Of a DNA stretch of 64,000 nucleotides, positions 24,478 through 35,863 are shown one piece after another. The notes under the pieces are model-generated. The model saw only the letters and a program-made list of their open reading frames with translations, was not told where the DNA came from and searched no databases. The first letter of the stretch is position 1. Each line of letters starts with the position of its first letter. The translations under genes were made by a program, and so were the position numbers. Origin of the DNA: Paraphysomonas bandaiensis (lineage: Eukaryota; Protista; Chrysophyceae); contig CBFFRP010000128.1 of the NCBI GenBank assembly GCA_965644295.1, positions 1 through 64,000 of the forward strand, in the 5' to 3' direction.

Positions 24478-25592
24478 CAAGCTTGTGTAACAATTAATAA
24501 CAATAATTGCAATTACTAATCAAGCATCCAATTATTGGCAATGCAATTAATTGCCTTTAATTCTATAGATAGATTTTAGAATAACTTTCTGAACTATAAT
24601 CTCATCCCAAAGAAACATTAACATTTCCACGCAGAAAATTCAACATTTCAAGGTTTTATTCGCTTACAAACTCTAGTCAGAGCAAGCTTAGCTCTGCTAA
24701 ACAATCTCTCACAAACATTGATTTGTCTAGTCATGCAACGATATCGTGTTGGAAGTTTGATGCATGCTTTTTGGCGCTTTCGGTTGTCTTTAAGTAAACG
24801 AATGGCCTCGTCTTCCTCCTCCTCATCTTTCTCTTCATCAAGTTGACCTTCGTGTGCAGGTACATCATTTATCAAAAAGCGTCGCACCTGTGCGTTTTCA
24901 GCGCGGTTCAGTACTTCGTACTTCGTACTTCTTACTTACCGCGCTGAATTTTGACTACTTGCTCTATCGAAATCTGCATTTTGAACAATTTCCGTGTCTG
25001 CACCCAGGTGAAATTTCATGCCAGGTGAATTAAATCATCAAATTTGTTCATTCGATGCCATCCTGTTGAATAAATAAGAATGATAAGTATGGCTATCCAA
25101 TGCTTCTAGTTCGTTATATTGCTGTACATACACACGCGGGTCCTCTGTATTAAGGCATTCTTGTGCACACACATACGTATCTTCCTCTGATAGTGGTACC
25201 AAACGGATACACTTTTATAATGTCATTTACACTACTATACTTAAATATTTCTAAGTAGTTGAATATGCTATCACATTATATGCTAATATCTAGACGATGG
25301 TTATGAAGGTGCCCAGTTCGTTCTTTGCTAACGATCTTTGACATGATACATTACTCTTGCATGCTGTGGTTAAAGTGTATACTAACCCTAACTACGATTA
25401 ATAAAATGACAACATAACTGTGCACATACGTCCATACTACTATGCTAACATATAATGGGTGTGTACCTAATATCAGTAGCTAGATATCGTAAGATGCTAT
25501 ATATACTTTAGCCAGCCTAATTAATTGGTAAAGTTTACCAATAATAATTGAAATTATCACTTTTAAAACCAATTAATTGTTACGCAAGCCTG
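24478..25592 (-). mobile_element. Non-autonomous hAT element with transposase dimerisation-domain relic
   Basis: TIR CAAGCTTGTGTAACAATTAAT / ATTAATTGTTACGCAAGCCTG (19/21 match); TSD CATTTAAT/CTTTTAAT; CERLFSRAK motif in 24648-24887. Confidence 0.85.
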
Positions 25593-25855
25593 CTTTTAAT
25601 GTCGATAGATATCAAATACCCGACTCAGTAACTGTTGCGGTGTAATTCAGTGTTTATATCACCCATAATTCAGTGTTTACTCTATGGTAACGGTATTTCC
25701 ACTTAAGATGTATCCTTAGAGCTGAATGTACATTTTGATCACTAAATAAACTTAGCTTACTATACCATCACGTACCATTCACGTCGAGCTAAATTTCGCA
25801 TTCCAATGTGCGAACTACAAACCAAGTATTCAACGAGCTAAGCTATAACAGACTG

Positions 25856-28737
25856 CTAATTTTCGACTTCAGCGAACCTATCTAACGCCCCTTTCGCCCT
25901 GTCTGCAGCCAAAGTGGAACCGAAAATAGCAGTCGGCACAGGTCTCTGCTTTATTCCTACTTCCGCAATAGCATCCTCCTCATTATCCACGTCGTCAATG
26001 TCGATTTCGTCGGGGTTTACTTGTTTGGATGACTCAACCGCTTGGACTTTCGCGGGAGGGGCAGAATTGGACGCTGGGACGAACTTGCGCTTGTTAGACT
26101 CTTCGGCTTTTTGGGCAGCCTCTAGCTCGGCTTGCCGTGCGATGCCCTCCAATCCTTCTCCAATACCTGGCTGCCCATTGGTTGACCCACCAGTGGCTGC
26201 CGTGCCAGCCGCCATCATATCACGTGCCATATAGTTCACCTACAGTAAAAATGTCGGTTTAGTACGGCCAACGTGAAATATGCACCAATCAACAGTTCCA
26301 GTGAAATGCAATACATGACAGCTATACACAAAAAATTTAAAATAAAAACACTCAATCCCACAAATACTCATGCATAGGTGTCTATATAATGCTTAATGAA
26401 TGTACCTGAGAATAAGCCGCTTCCACAGATCTCTGAATCCGTAACATTTCCGTGTACGTGTCTTCATTACCATGAGCTTCCTCGAACTCTTTCCATTTCT
26501 GCCAATATGTTGTGCTATACTTACGAGGATCAGCAAACTGAGAACCATGTTGAAAAATTGCCCGAGCGCGATCGATTTCTCCAAGCTTTGCTTCAACAGA
26601 GGCATACTCCACACATATCTCACGCGATTGATCGTCGTTGAGTTCTGTGATGGCCCGCTCATACACAGCTCGTGTTTTGGTGACACCAAAGTGCTGTTCC
26701 ACCTTCTTGATATATAGACGGTACATATCCAAGCGGTCGGCCTCTGGCACAGCCCTAGTGGCTCTGTCGTACACAGCCATCGCATGACGTGCAAGGCCAT
26801 ACTGTTCCTCCGCTTTGGCATACTTCAAATAAAACTCGGCTGCATTTTCAGCAGGTACTTTTTTTACTGCCTGTTCGAAGAGATCGCGGAGGCGCTCGAG
26901 TTTACTACCACCATAACGCGCCATAAATTTGTCCATATAGCTTAGCCAAATCTGTTTCACATGTGGAAATGCGAATAGCGACACAGCGCGCTCATATACA
27001 CGAAAACTATCTTCAAAATAATTATTCTCTTCCAAAAAGGAGGCATAGTTGAGGACCATCTGTGGCGTTATTACCTTGAGATCCATAACCTTATCGTAGG
27101 CAGCCCGACAAGACTCGATAGTCCCCAATGACTCTTCAAGATCAAGGTAGAGACCCCATACCTTCACATTTCGATGCAATCGCTCAGAAACAGTCATTGC
27201 TGCATCTACATTGGCGTCCTCGTGGCGCTTGGATATAGATGTCTTTCCCATTGCTGCAGCCTTAGCCTTGCGTCGCTTTATAGAAGACGGAGGCTCCGTG
27301 ACTGCCCGTTGCATTACATCGAGTGCCTCCTCGTAGCATTCGTGCTTCATTTCCAACTCTGCCCATGCACACCACACATGTGCGAGCTCCTCCACTGTTC
27401 TGTATTCAACCTCCGTAGCTTTCTTCAGCACTGCTCGGACATTTTCCATATCATCGTGAGATTCATAAAAGTTTGCCAACGAAAGCCACAAGCCACTGAG
27501 ACGACCATGAGCTTGCTTGGGGTCCACCGTCTTAACCGCCTCCATGTATGTCATCAGAGTGCGGTGTGTATCCCCTTTGAATAGTTTAATCCTTTTATGC
27601 CATTCATAGACATTGTGAGGATTCTGGCGCAACACCACACTGTTTAGCATTACCGGACGCTTCTCCATTAAATGCTCCAGTCGAGCTAATCGAAGTTCTA
27701 CTTCTGGACTCACCACTTCTTCACTAGAAGTTTCACCGGATTCTTGGTCTTCTTCTGCTTCCCTCATTTTAGCCATCAGCACGCTCTCCTCGAATTTCGC
27801 GTAGGCATCAAACACCAACGTGAAATCTCGCACAGTAATGACAGCATGAATAGCCTCTTCATACACGTCTCTTGCTTTTTCAAATTGCCCCAAACGAATA
27901 TAAAAATCTGCCAGTCGTGTCCAGAGGCGACCAACTTCGTCGGAAAATCGCGCAATGCCGCTGCGGATTATGGCATCAACTTTAAGGGATTTCGATATCT
28001 CCTCAGGATGTGCGGCACATAAGTCACATAGTCGCATCCACATTTGGTGCTTTGTGCATCCCGATGGAGCTACATAGTGGTCATCATTCACACATGCTGC
28101 GAGCTGCAGAGCGGCTTCCTCATACTGCCCAATCGACTCGAGATAAGATACTAGGTCCTCGCGGTGGGACGGGTCAAACATAAGATACCTGCGATAAACA
28201 CGTACAGTCGTCTCCTCCACACCAAATTCCTTGACCCACGTAATGTAGAGGTCCCATATAACCTCGTGCTGAGTAATCGGAAGAGATTGAAGAGCGCGGT
28301 CGAATGCCTTCCGAGCGCTGGTACCTTTCTTCATAGTCGTGAGCACCTCCAAATACATGCACCTAATCAAAACACATTTAACACTATTATACATAATATA
28401 TAATGCAATAATACCATATAACAGGCATTTTATGCATATGAACGAGAGCTCTCTCGAATGTATTGACGAGTATCGTATATCTCTTGTCGGTAACAGCCGC
28501 ATATTCAAGTCGACTCTTTCTTAGGGACAAATACGCATACCACAACTTATAACTACGAGGCAAAAACTTTACAGCACGTTCAAATATGACGTATCTCTCC
28601 CCCACAGGGGATGATTGCTTGTAGTCGAGGTACTTTAACCAGGCCTTTAGATAATAAGGGTTACGAGTCACCTCATCCTCATACTGTAAATTCTGTTGAT
28701 TGACAAGCACCTCATGAAGATCAGATTTACTGGACAT
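25856..28737 (-). CDS. SYF1: Pre-mRNA splicing factor SYF1/XAB2 (HAT repeats)
   Basis: YEDEVTRNPY, LPRSYKLW, FDRALQSLPITQH, LLRQNPHNV-like, GEIDRARAI, HGNEDT..EMLRIQRSV and VNPDEIDID motifs; 2 introns. Confidence 0.96.
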
Positions 28738-28854
28738 GAGTGGTGTTGATAATAGATGAGTTAGAGTGATAGGGATTCAGAGGTAAGTATACCCCACCTT
28801 AAATAATATATACACACTACCACCATACCAACTCTAACCTATACCACCTCCCCA

Positions 28855-29146
28855 CATACATACATACATACATACATACATACATACATACATACATACA
28901 TACATACATACATACATACATACATACATACATACATACATACATACATACATACATACATACATACATACATACATACATACATACATACATACATACA
29001 TACATACATACATACATACATACATACATACATACATACATACATACATACATACATACATACATACATACATACATACATACATACATACATACATACA
29101 TACCTACATACATACATACATACATACCTACCTACATACATACATA
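28855..29146. repeat. (TACA)n microsatellite, ~290 bp
   Basis: Directly visible; source of the MYVC ORFs. Confidence 0.97.
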
Positions 29147-29832
29147 GCTACATACTGCTCTATCTCTATAACGTGTTGTATCTTCGCTCTGTCTGCCTTG
29201 TAGGTCACTGCCTCTTGAAGATATCTGTGTTTCGAGTGATGTTTCGATTAGGGTTATTCTTATAGTGGGTTGATATAACACATATGGAATATATTCGTAT
29301 ATATGGATGACACTAAGTACTCCAGTAGGGGTCAGTACTGACAGTACAATATCACGGCACCACTGCTGGCTCATCAGAGGTCGTTATGCTGAAGAGTGAC
29401 TATATGTAGTGCTACTGTACTTTTGCAGTCTGGTTGAGGTAAAGCAGTTGTTTGTAGTATGGAAATGTATGATTAATAGTTTATTCGTACTGATATTCTA
29501 ACGGTCGTGTGTGTTCTTCGTGACAACAGCTTCGAATTGCAATTACTTTGAAGCAGTTAATGTAGTGTGCTAGTCATGGGAATACAAGTAGGATAGAATA
29601 AGAGATAGAAACATCGAGACGCCTTTGCAATTAACGTACTGCAAGGTAATTTATATAGTAGTAGTGCTTTCATCTTACTTCTGATTTGCTCTCACTAGTG
29701 ATGTACTCTACATTTCACGTATAACATATTTTGCGTAAACAAAGCATAAGTCTAAATTCAACCTTATAAACCAATATAAAATTAGTTGCTAAATGTTGAG
29801 CAACTAGTCAAACCAACACTAGATAACAATTC

Positions 29833-30366
29833 TGCCCCATTCTGAGAGCGTACCCTAGTGAAGTGCTAGTGTTAACTAAGCTAAGTAACGTATAGATTAT
29901 TAATATAAATCTGAGCGTGTTGTTTGTGGGTCGGCACCAAGAACACTCTAGCTAGATCTACAATCTACACTATACTTGCATAGCCTATATGAGATTACGA
30001 AAAACCCCGCGCATTCTAGGGGAGGGTGGGGGGGTGGCCAATGTCACACTAGACCTATACTGAGTCATGCATGGTCACGAGAAGTCCCGCATAATCTTTG
30101 TTAGATAATAATGGGAAGATACACATGGTCCTACTAGAATCTGCGCGAATTACATATTATATAAAAGTCATGCATAGTTATGAGAAATCCCGCGTAATCT
30201 CAGCAAAGGTTAACACAGGTGGGGGAGCAACAGAATCTGCGCGTGATCTATGTGGTCTGCTACGTTGGTACACGGGTGGGTGGGTAGTAGAATCAGTGCT
30301 ATATATCGGTATTTTAGGTGGTGCACCAGCCAACCTACACTATGGCCACGCCCTCGTAATGTGGCA
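29833..30366 (+). mobile_element. TG...CA MITE copy 1 (534 bp)
   Basis: Ends TGCCCCATTCTGAG...CTCGTAATGTGGCA; flanks AATTC (left) and GATAG (right); homologous to copies at 35066 and 43327. Confidence 0.92.
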
Positions 30367-30720
30367 GATAGCATTCGCCAATTTTGAAAATTGCGAGCTC
30401 ATGGACCCCACGTCTACAGCATATTTGGTTTCGCTCGCTGTCAGTTCTGATCTCAAACTCTCCACAGTGCTTTTACGCTGTCAAATATCAGCACACAGTC
30501 TGAGGCGCTGTTGATTATGTTTCTCTTTATAAGACCCCTCTGCTTTATCTTTATCTTGAAATAACTGCTTTAATGTATTATTTCTTGTTGTTGGTCCTGT
30601 CCAGCCTCCACTGCACGTATATGCTGCCAACGCAGATTGACCATATTAGAGGTGCTCATTGTGAAAGGAATCTTCACTGGTCTTAGTTGGAGTATCACAT
30701 CTAGAGAGAGTGGTTATGTA
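30367..30720 (-). pseudogene. 5' part of a coiled-coil gene cut at the GATAG site
   Basis: Frame ...NEHL*YGQSALAAY...RLCADI*QRKSTVESLRSELTASETKYAVDVGSMSSQFSKLANAI runs into the MITE; two in-frame stops. Confidence 0.65.
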
Positions 30721-31550
30721 GATATATACGTATCTTCATTATTGTTCTCGTTATGATGAAGGAATTTAGGCTTGGTACAGGAGTTTTCGCACAAAACCCC
30801 CGATTTTATATAAATCTATAGTTTTGTTTAAAAAAATCCTACTTTGGGTTACTGTAGTGATGATCGTAGCAATATGTCGGATAGCCGGATAGCTACAATA
30901 TGCAGAGAGTGCAAGCAATAACTATATACAGTATATGTAATAATCACTCATTGGGAAGTCAGCGAATCCTCCTTCATGCTTTCGCAACTGTCCTAAGGGC
31001 ACAACTCCCCTACATTACAATAGTCAAGCCAACGGCTGGTTTGACAGAAATATTACTATATGGTGGATCAATTCGGTATTTGATCCTTGGTATAGACCCC
31101 GATTTGGATCACGGAAATGTATTATATTGCTGGTACATACTGTTCATCATATCGAGACAACATGAGAGTGTCTGCTCTTAACGGCAAATCATGTCGTTAT
31201 ATTGGTACACATTTACACTCATATCGTACAATGTATACTGCTGTATATACTACTTTTTTGAAACACTCTGTTCTAAAAAGGTAGGATTTTCCCGGTTTTT
31301 GTGTATCAAGATAATTATTTCCATCTAGTACGCACTGTACTCTGCTGTACTCTGCTGTATACGATGTATACTGCTGTATCTTTGGGTGGGTGGTATCCAA
31401 ACAAAGTCCTAAAAATGTCCAATCAACGAACCACCTGCACCAGAATCAGACATATGGATCCACACATATCCAGAATCTATCCACATACACATACATACAT
31501 GCATCACAGATCAGATCAGATCATATAACGAACTCAACTAAAGTAGCACA

Positions 31551-33605
31551 ATGACGTATGAGTATGATACAGCCGAATTGAAAGAGAATGTAAATGATAC
31601 AAGCCTGATCCCTAGAGGAATAGTGGCACAGTTCAATTCCTCTGTCTCTGAGAGCATACAGCACAGACAAGGAGCTCAGGACCCCAGACAGTGGGATGAG
31701 GACCCCAGTCAGTGGGATGAGGACCCCAGTCAGTGGGATGAGGACCCCAGAGAGTGGGATGAGGACTACAGAGAGGGAGATGAAGACCCCAGAGAGTGGG
31801 ATGAGGACTACAGACAGGGAGATGAGGACCCCAGAGAGTGGGATGAGGACTACAGAGAGGGGGGTGAGGATTACATAGTAGGGGATGAGGACCCTAGGGA
31901 GTGGGATGAGGACCACAGACAGGGGGAGGAGAATCTCAAACTAAGCTTACATGATGTCGGTATGAGCGATCAACATATAAAGGCACTCGACTATGAATCT
32001 GTTGCGGCTGATGTGCATAATGCGTCTCTCCAAAGTATCACTGGTTCGTTTACATGGACAGAATTGTATAACAATTTTGGTTCTTTTTTCCTTTCAATGG
32101 CATTCGAGAAGCGCGAAGTTATCTGCAATAAAAGCAACCCTTTACAATCTGAAGCAGTACCTAGTGGTCTGAAGGAAGTTGGCACTCCTGATATGCGAAC
32201 TTCGAAAGGACACGAGATTGCCAAGCAGAGAGAATCGGAAGCTAAGTCGTTGGCATCATCAGCCATGCAACGTGAGGGAGAGGATCAGAGGCCAGTTCAG
32301 ACAGGTCTGAAGAAAATTGGCACTCCTGATATGCGAACTTCGAAAGGACACGAGATTGCCAAGCAGAGAGAATCGGAAGCTAACTCGTTGGCATCATCGG
32401 CCATGCAACGTGAGCGAGAGGATCAGAGGAGAGCTCAGACAGGTTTGAAGAAAGATGGAACACCTGATATGCGAACTACGAAAGGACGCGAGATTGCCAA
32501 GCAGAGAGAATCGGAAGCTAAGTCGTTGGCATCATCGGCCATGCAACGTGAGCGAGAGGATCAGAGGAGAGCTCAGACAGGTTTGAAGAAAATTGGCACT
32601 CCTGATATGCGAACTTCGAAAGGACGCGAGTTTGCCAAGCAGAGAGAATCGGAAGCTAAGTCGTTGGCATCATCGGCCATGCAACGTGAGCGAGAGGATC
32701 AGAGGAGAGCTCAGACAGGTTTGAAGAAAGATGGAACACCTGATATGCGAACTTCGAAAGGACGCGAGATTGCCAAGCAGAGAGAATCGGAAGCTAAGTC
32801 GTTGGCATCATCGCCCATGCAACGTGAGGGAGAGGATCAGAGGAGAGCTCAGACAGGTTTGAAGAAAGATGGAACACCTGATATGCGAACTTCGAAAGGA
32901 CGCGAGATTGCCAAGCAGAGAGAATCGGAAGCTAAGTCGTTGGCATCATCGCCCATGCAACGTGAGGGAGAGGATCAGAGGAGAGCTCAGACAGGTTTGA
33001 AGAAAGATGGAACACCTGATATGCGAACTTCGAAAGGACGCGAGATTGCCAAGCAGAGAGAATCGGAAGCTAAGTCGTTGGCATCATCGGCCATGCAACG
33101 TGAGGGAGAGGATCAGAGGAGAGCTCAGACAGGTTTGAAGAAAGATGGAACACCTGATATGCGAACTACGAAAGGACGCGAGATTGCCAAGCAGAGAGAA
33201 TCGGAAGCTAACTCGTTGGCATCATCGGCCATGCAACGTGAGGGAGAGGATCAGAGGAGAGCTCAGACAGGTCTGAAGAAAGATGGAACACCTGATATGC
33301 GAACTACGAAAGGACGCGAGATTGCCAAGCAGAGAGAATCGGAAGCTAACTCGTTGGCATCATCGGCCATGCAACGTGAGGGAGAGGGTCAGAGGAGAGC
33401 TCAGACAGGTTTGAAGAAAGATGGAACACCTGATATGCGAACTTCGAAAGGACGCGAGATTGCCAAGCAGAGAACTGCTCAATATCCCACTGATACTTTT
33501 CGAACTCCTGTGAAGTCGAGTAAGGCTTCTCAGATTCAATCAAGCCCTGTTGGTGTGGAGCATCTTATAACGCCTGAACATGGTAGCAGTGTGAGGGGGG
33601 GATGA
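31551..33605 (+). CDS. 684-aa repeat protein: acidic 7-aa repeats (DPREWDE) plus ten 46-aa KKDGTPDMR repeats
   Basis: Intact ORF; 21-nt repeats at ~31680-31930; 138-nt repeats at ~32165-33472. Confidence 0.8.
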   Translation: MTYEYDTAELKENVNDTSLIPRGIVAQFNSSVSESIQHRQGAQDPRQWDEDPSQWDEDPSQWDEDPREWDEDYREGDEDPREWDEDYRQGDEDPREWDEDYREGGEDYIVGDEDPREWDEDHRQGEENLKLSLHDVGMSDQHIKALDYESVAADVHNASLQSITGSFTWTELYNNFGSFFLSMAFEKREVICNKSNPLQSEAVPSGLKEVGTPDMRTSKGHEIAKQRESEAKSLASSAMQREGEDQRPVQTGLKKIGTPDMRTSKGHEIAKQRESEANSLASSAMQREREDQRRAQTGLKKDGTPDMRTTKGREIAKQRESEAKSLASSAMQREREDQRRAQTGLKKIGTPDMRTSKGREFAKQRESEAKSLASSAMQREREDQRRAQTGLKKDGTPDMRTSKGREIAKQRESEAKSLASSPMQREGEDQRRAQTGLKKDGTPDMRTSKGREIAKQRESEAKSLASSPMQREGEDQRRAQTGLKKDGTPDMRTSKGREIAKQRESEAKSLASSAMQREGEDQRRAQTGLKKDGTPDMRTTKGREIAKQRESEANSLASSAMQREGEDQRRAQTGLKKDGTPDMRTTKGREIAKQRESEANSLASSAMQREGEGQRRAQTGLKKDGTPDMRTSKGREIAKQRTAQYPTDTFRTPVKSSKASQIQSSPVGVEHLITPEHGSSVRGG

Positions 33606-34046
33606 GATACTATAAAGGATGTCAATGCTTTCCTTGTGGTGGTCGAGCACCGAAATAAAGGAGGCCATTGCCGGTAATTGGCTCTGCTTCTACGTATCAT
33701 TAGTTTATAAATAAATCAAAGAGTCATAAACTGTAGAGAATCGGAAATTGCGCTTCGTAGCTATAAAAATTATACGATTATATCTATAGTGTGAGAGAAA
33801 ATATTGATACATTCAGTTTAAATAAGAATTTTATCATTAATGGGAGAATATGCATACATACAACATTAATGAGTATGTTCTCTGTGATATTGGATGATGC
33901 AGTGGTCATGTGGTTCATAGCATATGTCTTTGTCAGGGCCTCATGGATGCTGATAGGCTCAAATTATGTGCTCGACAAAGAGCGCCTGCATCAAAGAAAG
34001 TCCCATCCATGACCACCACATATGTTATGTGTTATGTCCCATGAGT

Positions 34047-34232
34047 GCACCTTGGTGCATGCAGTGACGCGGTGACACACAAGAGACTTTCGTAGCGTTA
34101 AATTATAGAATATTAGAGTTTGCACTAGTTAGTTTTTGTGGTAAATACTTGTCTAGCTTGACTAGTCTTCATCTAGCTACTAAGCTGGTACTGTCCAACG
34201 CCAAATGCTAATAAACAGACATTCAATATTCA
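34047..34232 (+). mobile_element. Degenerate non-LTR retroelement 3' end
   Basis: GCACCTTGGTGC...CACAAG...TTTCGTAGCGTTAAAT...AACGCC..TGCTAATAAACAGACATTCA, homologous to 67-250. Confidence 0.75.
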
Positions 34233-34402
34233 ATATATATATATATGTTCTATAAGTTCGATCCAACAAAACCAAAATAACAGTACTTTGAAAATACTTT
34301 CTCAGCAAATTATAGTTTGTGATAGTTTACCTGATAGGGGGGTGTCGTGGGGGTGTATATATGGCATTATGTTTTGGGGTACTAAGTATACTATATTATT
34401 AC

Positions 34403-35065
34403 TTATCCATGGATTCCATATATTATATATTTATCATAGTGTACACGGCTATAGTATCCAACATGAAGAGAAGTATAGTGTACTCGTGATATATACTGTT
34501 CACTATATTGAAAGTATCGAAAACCCGTTATTTTTATTCGCAAACAGTACCTCCTCATACAGTTCCAGTCTACTAGTTTGTTCAAGTAATTGCGACTCAA
34601 ATTTATTTCTTTCTTCTTCTTGAGCTTTCTTCATCGCCTCTTTGAAGTGTGGACATCTTACTACTTGCCAACTGTTGCAACCAGGATTAAGCGCGAAGAC
34701 TTGATATAAACGCAAATGTAGTATCTAATAGATCATATTTACATAATTCGAAATAAACTTACATCAAACTTCTCGGTCAAGGCTTGCTTTTCATCTTGTA
34801 GTAATGAAATTTGCTTAGATTTCACTTCAATCTCAGGTGACGTCTTTTCATATATGCTTCTCTGAGGCAGTCGTGATATATCCCCTACTCTTTAATTAGA
34901 CACACATTGTTATACGTCATTGTGACTGACCAGATGACGTTTTGCTCAACCACTTCACTCGTTGCTCCTGATCACTTAACTTGAGCCATAAATTGTACAA
35001 TTCTGTAGCCTACATTTCCTCCCTGTAGCCTACATCGGTCCAACTTACAGACAGCCTATGGATAG
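34403..35065 (-). pseudogene. 3' part of the same coiled-coil gene (spliced)
   Basis: IHRLS|gtaagt..ag|ATELYNLWLKLSDQEQRVKWLSKTSS|GDISRLPQRS...ALTEKFD|ILHLRLYQ...LELYEE with consensus splice sites; 3' end uncertain. Confidence 0.7.
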
Positions 35066-35565
35066 TGCCACATTCTGAGAGCGTACCCTAGTGATGTTAG
35101 TGAAGTGCTAAGTAACGTATAGATTATAAATTAAAATCTCAGCGTATTGTTTGTGGGTCGGCACCAAGAACACTCTAGCTAGATCTACACTATACTTGCA
35201 TAGCCTATATGAGATTACAAGAAACCCCGCGCATTCTAGGGGAGGGAGGGGGGGGTGGCCAATGTCACACTAGACCTATACTGAGTCATGCATGGTCACG
35301 AGAATCTTTGTTAGATAATAATGGGAAGATACACATGGTCCTACTAGATCTGCGCGAATTACATATATAAAAATCATGCATAGTTATGAGAAATCCCGCG
35401 TAATCTCAGCAAAGGTTAACACAGGTGGGGGAGCAACAGAATCTGCGCGTGATCTATGTGGTCTGTTACGTTGGGTGGGTGGGCAGTAGAATCAGTGCTA
35501 TATATCGGTATTTTAGGTGGTGCACCAGCCAACCTACACTATGGCCACGCCCTTGGAATGGGGCA
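35066..35565 (+). mobile_element. TG...CA MITE copy 2 (500 bp)
   Basis: Ends TGCCACATTCTGAG...CTTGGAATGGGGCA; flanks GATAG (left) and AATTC (right). Confidence 0.92.
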
Positions 35566-35863
35566 AATTCAACTACTGTTATACTAGTAAGAAGTAATGG
35601 AATTGTACTATGCATATATATAATATTGTGTGTTCCACATGGATACTATGTAAATGCACCCTATATCTTCGTCGCACACACTAAAACATTCGAAGAGAGC
35701 TCTAATGACCACGCTTAAGGATCTTAATTGTTAGTGCAGTAGCAACATATGTATATCACTATATCCGCAATAACAAACTCCAATGACAACTACTATTTCG
35801 TCGTAGCTACAAAAGAGCAGCATATTCATCACTGCACTACTAGGTCTGGGACAAAAAAACTAC

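Noticed and set aside
28817-29141. MYVC-repeat ORFs
   Set aside because: Translation of the (TACA)n microsatellite.
30490-30650. In-frame TGA/TAA as stop-codon recoding
   Set aside because: Conserved genes in the window have no internal stops and terminate with TAA, TAG or TGA; pseudogene decay is simpler.
29833-35565. LTR retrotransposon (TG...CA direct repeats with outer 5-bp TSD)
   Set aside because: No PBS, PPT or gag/pol. The repeats have long TIRs. The inner GATAG duplication and the permuted intron-containing gene cannot be explained by retrotransposition.
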